NCBI RefSeq assembly: GCF_009914755.1
Contig: NC_060947.1
Strand: one strand, 5' to 3'
Source: the human T2T-CHM13v2.0 reference genome, Homo sapiens
Length of the DNA: 64,000 nucleotides
Made by a program: the position numbers and the translations under genes. Under the pieces are notes generated by a model. It did no database searches, had not been told where the DNA came from, and saw only the letters and a list, made by a program, of their open reading frames with translations. Shown piece after piece: positions 45,715 through 64,000 of this stretch (the stretch's first letter is position 1; every line of letters starts with the position of its first letter).

Positions 45715-46235
45715 TATAGCACTGTGGTTAAGAAGACCAGCTCCAGGGTGAGGCAGCCTGATACAGATCTTAACTTGATTACTCACTAGCAGCAAGCATG
45801 AGCTTAGGCAATCATTTGATTTATTCAAGCTTCAGTTTTGTCACTTCTCATAGAAGAATAACAATAGTACTTCCCTCAGGGACTATTATGAGGATTTATT
45901 ATTAATAATAATGAAAGCTAACACTGACAGAGCACCTACTGTGGACTAGGTACTCTTCTAAGTACTTTACACACTGTAATTCACTAAATCCTCAAAATGA
46001 TCCTGTGAGAGGGACTTGTATTATCCCCATTTTATAGATGTGGAAGCTGAGGATCAAAGGGGTTAAGTAATTCGCCCAACGTCACAAATCTGGTGAGCAG
46101 CAGAGCTGAGAATTGAACCTAGCAGTTTGCTCCAGAGGCCACGTCGTATGCACTATGCTTTACTGCACAAACTTAAAGTGGAGTGAGCACAGTGCCTGGC
46201 ACACATAAATCCTTGCTAAATGAGGGTGGTTATGA
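45715..46235. mobile_element. Antisense MIR (~45905-46167) nested in a sense MIR
   Basis: Sense MIR breaks at atgaggattta and resumes at gagcacagtgcctggcaca. Confidence 0.75.
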
Positions 46236-46769
46236 TTCACTAAACTGATTTAGCCTCACTGTTTCAATGAATAGCTAAATATGTGTCACCTAAAAAAGAA
46301 ATGTATATTTTTTTCAATAAGAATATGGGTTTCCACAGCTGGAGTCTTCATAATGGAAAGAGTAATAGTCTTTCTTGGCCCCAGGGCTCCAGTTCCATTC
46401 ATTCATACACAAAGGAGGGTAGGACAATTCATTTTCCCACTTGGCTTAGCAGACCATTTTTGATTCCCAGAGCAGCTTTTCATCTCTGCCCACCAAACCA
46501 CCTCCTCTTAATTCTACCGCCTCTACAGGCCCACTGCTTCCCCATAACCTTTAGCCCTGTGAATTTGATTCACTTATTATGTGAAAGAAAGGGAGGGACT
46601 CAAAAAAGGAGGGAGGGAGGGTAGGAGAGAAAGAAAGGAGAGAGAGTGAGAGATCAAGAACAGAGAGAGAGAGAGAGATCAGGGGTGGGAAGGAGATACT
46701 TCTAAAAAGAAAACAAGGAAGAAAAAATAGTCAAGACAGTCCTATTCAAATCTAATCTTAAATAAATTT

Positions 46770-47030
46770 TGACTGCAGTTTTAGAAGAATGTTTATTGAA
46801 AAGGGAATATGTCCATAATATACAATTATGTGAGAAAAGCAGGCTGCAAAATAGTGTTACACCATTTTGAAGTGTGTATGTACAAATATAAAAAAAAAAG
46901 ACTGGAAGGAAGTATTCCAAAATGTTAACAGTAATCATCTGTAGGTAGTCAAGTTGTAGATTATTTTTCTTCTTTAAATTTTCTGTAATTTTTCCAGAAT
47001 TCTAATGAATATAAATGCTTTTTGTAATTT
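46770..47030 (+). mobile_element. Old L1 (L1MC/ME-like) 3' end
   Basis: aagactggaaggaagtattccaaaatgttaacagtaatcatct. Confidence 0.65.
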
Positions 47031-47714
47031 TAACAAGATCTAAGGAAAAGGAAAAAGCAGGGATAGGATATGTCGGTACTGCCTGCATGAGGGATGGATC
47101 CTGCCCCCAAGAATGCCCTGTACTAGACAGAAATGATTGTTGTCCTATGTGTATTGCAAAATTGCATTTTCTGTGTGCAAGGGAATGCTAGATTACTCAA
47201 CAAGACCACAGAGAGCTTTGAGGCACATGCTCAGCTCCCAGTCAGCTCTGAGAGTGTCTGATCTTCCTGCCCAGACAAACCCTGACCTGTGGTGTGTCCA
47301 CTTAGAATACCATGTGTCCCTGACTACAGTTTGGGAACCCAGTGGTAGAGTTAACATTCTACAGACTTGCCATAGGGGCAAAAACCAGAACAGGGCCAAG
47401 GGGACAAAAGCAAACAGATCAGGGACTACGAGTGCAGAAGGTCAGAGCTGACAACAGGAAACAGAAGGATAGTATCTTCAGTGAGCTGGAGGGGGTTAGT
47501 GCTGAGGTGTCACGTGCAAGATTCTTGTTTTGGGTATGGCTGTGTTGGAGATGGGTAAAAAGAGTGTAAGTAGGCACAGGGTTAGGGACAAAGGCATAAC
47601 TAGGGGCCACAAACTCAAATGCCTTTGGGGACCAGACTGGTAGCTTAATGATTGCAGGGGCCTGGGTGAGGACTGTGCTGAGCTGAAAGAGAACGATTCC
47701 CATGGAAGAGAGCA

Positions 47715-47870
47715 GTGGGAAGCCTGGGAATTTGGGCCCACATTTACATGTCTTATGAATTTTTAAGAGAAGATAGATATCCAGGTATTTATGTAAAATC
47801 TCTTAACAATTAATTTGTTTTTCAATGTCAAGACACTACGGGCCAAGCAAAATATATCTGTGAGCCACAC
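47715..47870. mobile_element. hAT-Charlie (MER102-like) fragment
   Basis: tttatgtaaaatctc...gggccaagcaaaatatatctgtgagcca. Confidence 0.5.
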
Positions 47871-49188
47871 ATTTAAAAACATTTCACTTTTAAATAATTA
47901 TAGATTCACAGGAAGTTGCCAAGGTGTTACAAAGGGGTCTCTGTGTACCTTTCACCCAGTTTTCCCAATGGTTACATCTACATAACCATCATGTAATATC
48001 AAACCAGGACAATGACATTGGCACAATGTGTGTGTCTAGTTCCATGTCAGTTCATCTCATGTGTGGGTTTGTGTGTCCAACAACACAGTCAAGATACAGA
48101 ACTGTTCTACCATTGCATAGATCTCCCTCGTCACATACTAGTCACATCCATTTTCCTCCCTCCAACATTCCTTACCCTTGGCAACCACTAATCTATTCTT
48201 CATCTCTATAGTTTTGTCATTTCAAGAGTATGACACAAGTGAAACAATATATTATGTGACTTTTTGAGACTAGCTATTTTTACTCAGCATAATGCCCTGG
48301 AGATCCACCCAGGTTGTTGCATATACTAGTAGTTCATTCCTTTTTATTGCTGCATAGCATTTCATGGTATGGATATACCAGAGTTTGTCTAACCATTCAC
48401 CAATTGCAGGACATTTTTGCTGCTTCCAGTTTTGGGCTTTACAAATACAACTGCCATGAACAATCATGTACAGGTCTTTGTGTGGACAAAAGCTTTCATC
48501 TCTAGAATAAGTGTCCAGGAGTCTGATTGCTGGGTCATAAGGTAAGTGCATATTTAGTTTTATAAGAAACTGGTGAACTGTTTTCCAGAGTGGCTATACC
48601 ATTTTACATTTTCAGGAACAATGTATCAGTGATCCAATTTCTCTACATCTTTGCCAACATTTGGTACTGTCACAAATTTTTTACTTCAACCAATCTGACA
48701 AGTGTTAGTGATATCTTGTGGTTTTAATTTGCATTTTCTTAATGGCTAATGATATTAAACATCTCTTCATGTGCTTATTTGCCATATATATAAACTCCTC
48801 AGTGAAATGCTGGTTCATGTCTTTTGTTCATTTTCTAATTAAATTTTGTGGTTTTTGTCATTGAGTTTGAGTTTTTAAAAATATATTCCAGATAGCAGTC
48901 CTTTGTTAGATGCATGATTTGCAAATATATATATTTTTTCAGTCTTCAGCTTTTCTTTTCATTCTGTTAACAGGGTCTTTCATGGAGTAAAGTTTTTAAA
49001 TTTTTATGATGTCTGATTTATTCATTTTTCTTTCATGGATTATACTTTTCGTGTCATGCCTAAGAACTCCTTACCAGCCCTGGGTTTCTAAGATTTTTCC
49101 CTTATGTTTTCTTCTAAAAGTTTATAGTTTTATGCTTTACATGTAAATCTATGATCTATGTTGAGTTAATTTTGTGTGAGGTATGAGA

Positions 49189-49264
49189 GCCCGGGTTTAA
49201 GTGATTCTCGTGCCTCAGCCTCCTGAGTAGCTGGGATTAAAGGCATGTGCTACCAGACCTGCCT

Positions 49265-49298
<34 letters not shown>

Positions 49299-49376
49299 TA
49301 TTTTTAGTAGAGACAGGGTTTCACAATGTTGGCCAGGCTGGTCTCAAACTCCCGACCTCAGGTGATCTGCCCACAT
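49189..49376 (-). mobile_element. Alu internal fragment with no tail and no head, flanked by a 12-bp duplication
   Basis: tgaggtatgaga on both sides; shares private variants with the Alu segment at 49551-49730. Confidence 0.9.
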
Positions 49377-49386
49377 TGAGGTATGA

Positions 49387-49777
<391 letters not shown>

Positions 49778-50317
49778 CTTCCACTGAATTCTTTTTGCAC
49801 CTTTGTCAAAAATCAGGTGGGCATATTTGTGTGAGTCTATTTCTGAGTTGTCTATTGTGTTCCATTGACCTGTGTGTCTATCCTTCCACCAATACAATGC
49901 TCTCTTGATTACTGTAGTTTTGTGGTAAACCTTAATATTGGGTAAAACAATTACTCTTGCTTGATTCTTATTTTTAGAAATTGTTTTAGCTATGCTAGGT
50001 CTTTCCAAATATATTACAGAATTATATTGTCTATAGCCAAAAATCTTGCTGGGATTTCTATAGGAATAGTATGAAATGTGTATGTCAATTTTGGAAGAAT
50101 TGACACTTTTACTATATTGAGTTTTCTAATCCATGGGATCTATCCATTTATCTAGGTCTTTGATTTCTTTCATCATTGTCTTTACATTTCAACATACAAG
50201 TCCTGTATAGATTTTGTTACATTTACACCTAAATAACTCATTTCTTGAGTGATTATAAGTGCTCTTGTATTTTTAATTTTGGTTTTCACATGTTCATTAC
50301 TAGCATATAGAAATACA

Positions 50318-50943
50318 TGTATCTAATGACTAGTGATGATGAGCTTTTTTTCAGATGTTTGTTGGCCACATAAATATCTTCCTTTGAGAAGTGTCTGTTA
50401 ATATCCTTCACCCACGTTTTGATGGGGTTGTTTGTTTTTTTCTTGTAAATTTGTTTAAGTTCCTTGTAGATTCTAGATATTAGACTTTTGTCATATGGAT
50501 AGATTACAAAAATTTTCTCCCATTCTGTAGGTTAGGTTGCCTGTTCATCTGATGTTAGTTTCTTTGGCTGAACAGAAGCTCTTTAGTGTAGCCATAAAAA
50601 AGAATGAGTTCATGTCCTTTGCAGGGACCTGGAGGAAACTGGAAACCATCATCCTCAGCAAACTAACAGAGAAACAGAAAACCAAACACCGCATGTTCTC
50701 ACTCATAAGTGGGAGTTGAACAATAAGAACACATGGACATCGGGAGGGGAACATCACACACCAGGGCCTGCTGTGGGTGGGGGGAAAGAGGAGGGAGAGC
50801 ATTAGGAAAAATACCTAATGCATGTGGGGCTTAAAACCTAGATGACAGTTTGAAAGGTGCAGCAAACCACCATGGCACATGTATACTTATGTAAAAAACC
50901 TGTACGTTCTGCAAATGTATCCCAGAACTTAAAGTAAAATAAA
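50318..50943 (+). mobile_element. 5'-inverted (twin-primed) L1PA8-like insertion
   Basis: Antisense ORF2-end segment 50318-50587 joined to a sense 3'UTR from 50588; decayed TSD aaataca/aagtaca. Confidence 0.85.
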
Positions 50944-52209
50944 ATAAGTACAATTGGTTTTTGTATGATGATATTGTATCCTGCAAACCAAAACTTCATT
51001 GCTAGATCAAGGCTCATTTTTATAAATTCGTTGACATATTATTCTGTGTAGATGTTCATGCCATCTGTAAATAGAGACAATTTTATTCTTTCCTTTTGGA
51101 TGTATAAGACTTTTATTCCCTTTCTTGTCTTATTGCACTGGGTAGTACTACCTCGAATAGCAGTGATGAGAGTAGAAATCAGTGCTTCATTCCCAATCTT
51201 AGAGAAAAACATTCAGTCTTTCACCATTGTGATGTTAGGTTTAGCTTTAGTTTTTAAAAATCAGCTTGAGATAAGATTCACATGCTGTACAATTCACCCA
51301 TTTAAAGTACAAGATTAAAGACTTTGAGTATATTCACAGAATTTTGCATTCATCACCAGAATCAATTTTATTCAGTGCTCTCAAAATAAACCACATACCC
51401 CTTAGCTGTCACCACCCAATCCACCATCTTCCCCGGCCATAAACAACCACTAGTCTCCAGTTGGTCTCTATAGATTTTTCTATTCAGGACATTTCATATA
51501 AATGCAGTAATACAATATGTGGCCTTTTGTGACTGGCTTCTTTCACTTAGCATAATGTTTTCAAGGTTCATCCATGTTGAAGCATGTATTAGTATTTCAG
51601 TTATTTTTATTGCTGAATAATATTGCATTGTATGCACACACCATAATTTGTTTATCCATTCATCAGTTGAATATTTAGGTTGTTTCCATTTGTTGGCTGC
51701 CATAATGTCTTTTTATTATTGAGTTACAAGAGTTCTTTAGATTCTAGATACAAGTCCCTTATCTCATATATGATTTTCAAATATTTTCTCCCATCCTGTG
51801 GGTTGTCCTTTCATTTTCTTGATGCTGTCCTTTAAAGTACAAATGTCTTTAACTTTAATGATGTCCAGTAGTTTATTTTTTCTTTTCTTGACTATGCTGT
51901 TAGAGTCAGATACAAAAACTACTGCCTAATTCAAGATCACTAAAATTCACACCTATGTTTTCTTCTAAAAATTTTCTAGTTTTATTTTGTACATTTACAT
52001 CTTTTTATCCATTTTGGGTTAATTTTTATATGGCATGATGTAGGAGTAAAACTTCATTATTTTGTATGTGGACATACAGTTGTCCCAGCACCATTAGTTG
52101 AAAAGATTATTCTTTTCCTAATAAAACTTCTTGGCACCCTTGTTGAAAATCAAACGGCCATAAGTGTGAGAGTTCATTTCTAGACTCTCAATTCTATTCC
52201 ATTGTTCTA

Positions 52210-52322
52210 CGTATGTATGTAGGTATGTATGTGTATATATACACACATATATATACACACACACACATATATATACATATCTATCAATCTATCTATCTAT
52301 CTCTCTCTATATATATGTATGT
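52210..52322. repeat. Compound (TATG)/(TA,CA)/(TCTA) microsatellite
   Basis: Direct reading; TA-rich remainder at 57390-57430. Confidence 0.9.
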
Positions 52323-52412
52323 ATGTATAAGACTTTTATTCCCTTTCCTGTCTTATTGCGCTGGGTAGTACTACCTCGAATAGCAGTGATGAGAGTAGAA
52401 ATCAGTGCTTCA

Positions 52413-57290
<4,878 letters not shown>

Positions 57291-58818
57291 AAATCAGTGG
57301 TTCATTCTCAATCTTAAGAGAAAAGCATTCACTCTTTCACCATTGCGATGTTAGGTTTAGCTTTTGTTTGAATCATCTTGAGATAAGATAAAATATATAT
57401 AAGATATATATGTATAAGATATATATATATTTTATGACAGTACTACACTCTCTTGATTATTGTACCTTTGTAGTAAGTTTTAATATTGGGAAGTATTAGT
57501 CCTCCAACTTTGTTGTTCTTTTCCAAGATTGTTTTAACTATTTGGGGTAACTTGCATTTCCATACAAAATATTGTAAAAATTTTAGGATCATCTTGCCAA
57601 TTTCTATTTTAAAAATGCAGCTGGAATTTTGATAGGGATTTTGTTGAATCTATAGATCAATTTGGAGAGTTTTGTCATCTTAACAATATTAAGTCTTCTA
57701 ATCCAAGGACATGGAATGTCTTTCCATTTGCTTAGGTTTTCTTTAATTTCTTTCAACAATGTTTTGTATTTTTCATTTTATAAGTTTTCCACTTATTTTG
57801 TTAAATTTATTCCTAAATATTTTATTTTTTGATGCTATTGTAAATGGAATCAATTTCTTAATTTCATTTTTGGTTTGCTTACTGCTACTGTATACAAATA
57901 AAATTGATATTTTGTATAATGATCTTGTACCCTGCAACCCTATTTAACTTGTTTATTAGTTCTAATTATTTTTAGTGGATTCCTCAGGATGTTCTGGACA
58001 CTGGTCATGTCATCTGCAATTAGAGATTATTTAAATTCTTTCTTTCCAATCAGGGTGGCTTTTATTTCATTTTCTTGCATAATTGTCCTGGCTACAGCCT
58101 CCAATACAATGTTGACTAGAAACGACAAAGGTGTTCCTAATCTTAGGGGGAAATCTTTTAGTCTTTCACTATTAATTATGACGTTAGCTGTGGGTTTTTC
58201 ATAGATGCTCTTTACCACGTTGATGAATTTCCTTCCTATCTGTAGCTTGTTGAGTGCTTTATCATAAAAGGGTGTTAAATTTTGTAAAAAGTCTTTCTCT
58301 GTGTCTATTGAAATGATCATGTGGTTTTGTCCTTTATGGTATTGAAGTGGTATATTACATTAATTGATTTTGCAGATGTTAAAACAACCTTGAATTCCTG
58401 GGATGAATCTCGGTAGGTTATAATTGTGTAATCCTCTTTTATTTGTTATTGGTTTCATTTGGCTATTTTTTTGTTTTTGTTTTTTATTTGTTTGTTTGTT
58501 TTAAGGCAGTCCCCCCCTCTACTCCTAGTTTTCTGAGAGGTAGGTTTGGTTTGTTTTTTTTATTGTCAGGAATGAATGTTAGATTTTATCAATTGCTTTT
58601 CTGCATCAATTGATAAGATTATATTATTTTTCTTATTTAACCTATTGATATGGTGGATTACAATGGTTGATTTTGTAATATTGAACTAACTTTGCATCCA
58701 TGGAATAAACCGTAGTTGGTCATGATGTATAATTCTTTTCAAATAATGCTGAATTCTATTGACTAATATTTTGTTAAGAATATTTGAATCATATTTATGA
58801 AGGATATTGGTTTGTGCC

Positions 58819-58965
58819 TTCTTTCTTTTTCTTTCTTTCTTCCTTTCTTCTTTCTTTTTTCTTTCTTTCTTTCTCTCTGTCTCTTTCTTTCTTTCTTTCT
58901 TTCTTTTTCTTTCTTTCTTCTTTCCTTCTCTCTCTCTCTCTTTCTTTCTTTCCTTCTTTCTTTTG
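58819..58965. repeat. (TTTC)n/(TC)n polypyrimidine tract
   Basis: Direct reading. Confidence 0.95.
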
Positions 58966-59468
58966 TACTGTCTTTGTCTGGTTTTGTTATCAGAGAATAA
59001 ATACTAGCCTCAAAAGTGAATTGGAAAGTGTTTTTCTCCCCTTTCCACTTTCTGGAAGACATTGTTGAGAATTGGTGTTAATTCTTCTTTGAATATTTGG
59101 TAGAATTCCTCAGTGAAAACTTCTGATCTTGGAAACCTTGTTGGGGGGCTTTGAAATTACAAATTCAGTTTTCTCAAAAGTTATAGGTCTATTCAAATTA
59201 TCTATTTTATATTGGCTGATTTGTGATGCATTATGCATTTCAAAGAATGATTAATTTCATCTACATTGTCAAATTAATGTGTATAGAATTGCTTGTACTA
59301 CTCCATTTTATCCTTATAATGTTTATAGGGTCTGCAGTGATATTTTCATTCAGATGTTGGTAATTTGTGTCTTCTCTCTTTTTCTTTATCAGTCTTGAAG
59401 GATCAATTCAGTCAATTTTCTTGATCTTTTCAGAAACCAGCTCTTGTTTTATTCATTTTCTCTATTAC

Positions 59469-59766
59469 TTTTTTTTTTTTTTTTTTTTTTTGACAGAGTC
59501 TGGCACTGTCACCCAGGCTGGAGTGCAGTGGCGCCATCTCTGCCCACTGCAAGCTCTGCCTCTCGGGTTCATGCCATTCTTCTGCCTCAGCCTGCGGAGT
59601 AGCTGAGACTACAGGTGCCGCCACCTCGCCTGGCTAATTTTTTGTATTTTCAGTAGAGACGGGGTTTCACCGTGTTAGCCAGGATGGTCTCGATCTCCTG
59701 ACCTCGTGATCTGGCCTTGGCCTCCCAAAGTGCTGGGATTACAGGCATGAGCCACTGCACCCAGCC
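59469..59766 (-). mobile_element. AluY
   Basis: Y diagnostics gcaagctc, ttcatgccattc, gttagccaggatggtctcgatctc; TSD tactttt. Confidence 0.92.
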
Positions 59767-60004
59767 TACTTTTCTCTTTTCAACTTCACTGATTTCTGCT
59801 CATATATTTATTATTTTATTCCTTCTACTTACTTTGAGTTTATGTTGTTTTTCATTTTCCAGTTTCTTGAGGTGGGAGCTTGATTACTGATTCAAGACTT
59901 TTCCTCTTTTCTAATATATGCATTGAGTGCTATAAATTTCCCTCTCAGCACTGCTTTAGCAGTGTCCCACACATTTTGGTATGTTGCATCTTCATTTTCA
60001 TTCT

Positions 60005-60527
60005 GATCTGTAGGTTAGAAGTCCTGGCAGACTTGACAGGGCTTTCTGTTTAAAGTGTCAGCTGGGTTGGACTCATATCTGGAGGTTCTGTGGATGAATC
60101 TACTTCCAAGCTCATTCAGGTGTAGGCAGAATTCAGTTTCTTTGGGTTGTAGATTTGAAGTGCCCATTTCCTTGCTGATTGTCTGCTAACAGTCACATTC
60201 TGCTCCTAGAAGCCACTTGAATTCCTCCTTAGTGACCCACTCCATCCTCAAAACCATCAACTAGCAATCTCGCATGTCAAAATATTCTCATGCCTCAAAT
60301 CTCCCTGACTTCCTCTTCCATTTATCAGTCAGAGAAAACCATGTTATTAAAGGGTTCCTATGATGAGATTACACACACTCAGATAATCTGTTTTGCCATG
60401 TAATGTAACATAATCATTGGAGTAATTTCTCATCATGTTGATAGGTTCCACCCACACTCAGAGGGGAGGGGATTATACAGAAGCAAGGGTCATTTGGGTG
60501 GTCATAGTTAAAATTCTCCCTACCACA
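60005..60527 (-). mobile_element. MLT1 (F/G-like) MaLR LTR
   Basis: cttccaagctcattcagg...ggcagaattcagtttc...ccctaccaca end. Confidence 0.75.
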
Positions 60528-60694
60528 GTAATTATCTAATTCAAAGAAAAATATTGGGAAAATGGTATGACCAAAATATTGAGGAGTGCATGACAACAGT
60601 TTGGGACCCAACGGAGTAGTTCATTTTAAGGTCCATTCCAAATTCTATGATTCTGTAGTAGGGAAGTCATGGAATATTCTGCTTTTCTGTCTAT

Positions 60695-61327
60695 TGTAGG
60701 GGCCAAGGGATAACTTTCCCCTTGGCCTTCTGAAGGTTCCCTGAAAAATCAACTCATAAAAGGCAGATGGATAGGAGAAACGACATACACATTTAACATA
60801 CGTGTACATGGGAGCCTTCAGAATGAAGACCCAAAGATACAGAGAAAATTTTCCATTTTATGCTTAGGTCAAAAAAGTATGGACAGCCATGTAGAAATAT
60901 GATTAGACATAAAGAGCATAATCCAATGCAATAGACTCAGTGGGGAAATACATCAAAGCCTCTCTGTCTAGATTCTTCTAGGCCTCTCTGAACATGAATT
61001 CCTTTCTTCTGGGTGTGGGGCATGACCCTCTCTGGAACAGAGATCTTATGACCTGCAGTCAAACAAGGTAGGTCAGATCGTTTCTTTGTGGTTAGTTTAT
61101 ACACAGAAAGACAGAGGGAAAGTTAGAGTAATATTTTTAGGTTTCATGGCTGGATTTGGGGAGAAGGGGTCGGTTTCTATCACTCGTCTTAGGGAAAAGA
61201 GATTCTAGGTTCTGTGGCTAGCCTCCAGGGAGGATGGGATTGAGAGACAAGAGGGCAGGAGAAGGTCAGAGAATAACATTTGCTTCTGAGGCCTTCATTT
61301 TGGGGTACTGTTTTCTGAGCTCCAACA
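60695..61327 (-). mobile_element. ERV1 solo LTR (LTR29/MER34-group-like)
   Basis: TG...CA ends; the reverse complement begins TGTTGGAGCTCAGAAAACAGTACCCCAAAATGAAGGCCTCAGAAGC. Confidence 0.8.
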
Positions 61328-61334
61328 CTCCAGT

Positions 61335-61850
61335 GAGGTGAGGTACAGCAAAAACCAGAGGCCAGTATATTCTTTAAAAATATCAAGGTCATGAAAGATA
61401 AGAAAAACTGAGAAACTGTTTCCAATTAAAGGAGACTGAAGAGATATGGAAACTAAAGTTAAGAATTCATTCATATTTGGATCTTTTACTAAATAATTTT
61501 TGACCTTTTGTTCTAAAGGTTGACATTGGGATAATTGGTGACATTTGAAAGAGGTTTTTAGATTAGATCATAATGTTGCATGAATATTAATTTCCTGATT
61601 TTGATAATTGTGGTTATGTAAGAGAATGCTCTTGATTTTTAGAAACATGAACTAAAGTATTTAAAGATAAAGGGGCATGATCTCCATCTTACTCTCAAAT
61701 GATTGAGAAAAAATAGTGTGTGTGTGTGTGTGTGTGTGTGTACAGAAAAAGAGAAAAGGATAAAGAAAATGTTGCAAAGGTTAACATTTGGGGAATCTGA
61801 GTGAGGAGTACGTGGAAATTCCTTGTACTTACATTTATCCTTTCTACTAA
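61335..61850 (+). mobile_element. L1MC-like 3' end with (TG)n at 61716-61741
   Basis: tcaaggtcatgaaagataag...aaaggagactgaagaga. Confidence 0.7.
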
Positions 61851-61854
61851 CAGA

Positions 61855-61990
61855 GCTTCAGATGAAAATCACAACCCTGGCCAACACCTTGATTTCAATG
61901 CAATGAGACCCTAAGTAGAAGATTCAGGCATACTGTGCCTGTACTTCTGACCCACAGAAACTGTACAAAAATAAATTTGTGTGTTTTTTA
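61855..61990 (+). mobile_element. MLT1 LTR fragment
   Basis: ggccaacaccttgattt...ttctgacccacagaaactgt...ataaatttgtgtg. Confidence 0.7.
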
Positions 61991-61999
61991 AAAGTGAGG

Positions 62000-62410
62000 C
62001 CAATGGTGTGTAAGAAGAATTTGAAGTGGGAAAAAAGGGTAGATTCAGGAGACATTATGGAGAGAAAATTGCCACAATATGGTGTTTTCCTTGGCTAGAT
62101 ATGGGTAGAGAGAGAAGAGTTGGGGATGATTCTGAAGTTGGGAGCCTAGAAATTGGGATAATGCTGGCAGAAAGAGGCAAATAGAGGGAGAGCTGGGTGG
62201 GAGAAAAAAAATGATGTTTTAGAAATTCTGAGCTTGAGTGAACAGAGGACATGAGTAAAAGGGAACCATCTAGTGGAAAGGAATTGGTTAAGGATTGAAG
62301 CTGAACAGAGAGGTCAGGGCTGCAGCCAGAGGTTTGGGAGGCATCACCATTGTTTTGGATGTATTTGGAATCCCTGTTGTAAAGGGAAGAAAGAGGCTGA
62401 AAATAGAACG
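62000..62410 (-). mobile_element. L2 fragment
   Basis: Purine-rich degenerate L2-like sequence. Confidence 0.5.
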
Positions 62411-62439
62411 ATATATTTGAGTCCACTCCTGCACACCAA

Positions 62440-62700
62440 GTTGGTTGTGAGGACTTGCACTGAAGACAGACAGATCTAGGTTTAAATCCTGGCTTTGCTC
62501 ATGCCTAGCTCTGTGACGCTGAACAAGTGCCTAAACCTCTCTGAGCCTCTGCTTTTCTTTTATTCAGCTATGAAATGGTGACACTGATCATACCTGCCTT
62601 GTGGTGAGGACTAAATGAGATAACCTATATATAAAGCACTTAGCTCATCGCCTGGAACATAGGTTGCGCTGAAGAAATTGGGGTTATGATTGTTACTGTT
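62440..62700 (+). mobile_element. MIR
   Basis: ctagctctgtgacgctgaacaagtgcctaaacctctctgagcctc...taaatgagataa. Confidence 0.8.
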
Positions 62701-63640
62701 GTTTCCTTTCATGTGATTTTCTGCATTAGGCAGCCTTCTCCCGAAAAGAACCCTGACAATTCAGATCACTGTGTGTTTTGTTTTGTTTTGTTTTGCTGGT
62801 GGGAATGAGGCAAGGCGACCATAGCATGGCATCTTTTGCTTATGGAGGGCAGGTCCACAACCTGTTACTGAAAAGGGTGAACTTTTTCTTTTTCTGTCAA
62901 TACGGGCAGATGAAGAGAAAAGCACAAGGAGCTCTAGGAAGGGAAAGTTGGAGCTGTGGCTAATGGAGCAAGGGCAGACCCCAAAGACTCATCTAGATCA
63001 TCAGTGATGATTCATTCCTCCGAAGCCTTTCCTAGGCCATTCTGAGAAACACTGGAGGAAGTGGGATGGCATGATCTAGTGTGAGTGATGGGCACTGTGC
63101 ACAAGGGGATGATTTGTATTTATGAAAGGTTCTTGGTGCCTAGGCTGCCTGATGCATGTCTAAAAAGGCAGTGGGTTCCAAGTCAATGTGCCTGGAGTGA
63201 GGAGATTTAGCTTCACCTGCTGGCACTGACTTTCCCTACAGAAGATGTAGCTCTGGGCACCACACTCCTAGCTTACATTTGATCCCTCCTGCTGAAGCAG
63301 TAATCAATCTGCAGTCTTCTGCTATTAGATGTTAATGCAATCAAAGAGATCACAATGACCTTAAGATTTCCTGATTAATTCACTTTTTCCCCTAGTCAGC
63401 ATTACCTTCTTTAATTTCTCAGCACTTGGCTCGTTTTCTCAGCTCACTTGGCTCTGTTTCATGCTACAAGTACCTTTTTCCTCTACTGAGGAGAGGGTTT
63501 GGGTAGAGTGATGGCGTTCTGGGCTGCCTGGTAGTGGAAGATGGAGAATCCCTGTCCTTGAATAAAGGTGTACTACCCAAAAAGAAAGGTTTTGGGGTTT
63601 TGACAAAAAGCAATCTTAGAAAAGGACATTTGGAAATGGT

Positions 63641-63647
63641 AAGAGAA

Positions 63648-63686
<39 letters not shown>

Positions 63687-63755
63687 GTGTGTTTGTGTGC
63701 ATGTGTGTGTATGTCTGCGTGTGTGTGTGTGTGTGTGTGAAAGAGAGAGAGAGAA
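63641..63755. repeat. Compound (GA)n-(TG)n microsatellite
   Basis: Direct reading. Confidence 0.95.
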
Positions 63756-64000
63756 ATCTTGAGAAACTGGTAGGAACAAAGTAAAATTATTATTTCCTCT
63801 CAAGTCAAAGAAGGTACAGAAAGAAAACTGCCGAGGTGAAGATACGTATCAGGGATTACCAATTTTCCAGAGCCCCCCACGCATAAAGTGCTTTAAGATC
63901 CTCAGTGAGGAGAAGCTTAAGATACAGAGACTGATGATCTGCCACCATAGGTGGGCAGCTGGAGTTGATACAAGCTGCCCAAAGCAGAATTTGTGATTTT

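Larger units (their letters stand above)
57430..60000 (-). mobile_element. Continuation of the antisense L1MB-type ORF2
   Basis: ORF 58027..58320 (MIISIDTEK...YEKPTANVIINSERL) is L1 RT. Confidence 0.85.

Noticed and set aside
58763-59068. K/R/E-rich and F/S/L-rich ORFs
   Set aside because: Translations of the (TTTC)n tract

Overview
Primate (human-like) genomic DNA, rich in repeats and AT, with no intact protein-coding gene. A CpG-island promoter with an ATG-free first exon (about 24.3-25.3 kb, + strand) opens into a long intron. From memory this exon resembles the distal 5' exon of X-linked PAK3, which I have not verified. Most of the rest is layered transposons: L1, L2, MIR, Alu, MaLR/ERV LTRs and DNA transposons. 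The main unexpected signal is upstream of the promoter. Short unique stretches between younger insertions translate on the minus strand into colinear, heavily decayed Ty3/Gypsy (sushi-ichi/RTL-like) domains. Copy A has Gag zinc knuckle, protease, RT, RNase H and integrase (22.1 to 13.7 kb). Copy B has RT, RNase H and integrase (4.4 to 1.2 kb), and a weaker third fragment may lie at 1-1015. Together they form a co-oriented fossil array lying head-to-head with the CpG island. The window also shows locally templated insertions/duplications, a twin-primed L1, a full-length MST provirus and a perfect 16-bp hairpin. Repeat subfamily names come from recalled consensus sequences and need RepeatMasker/Dfam confirmation.
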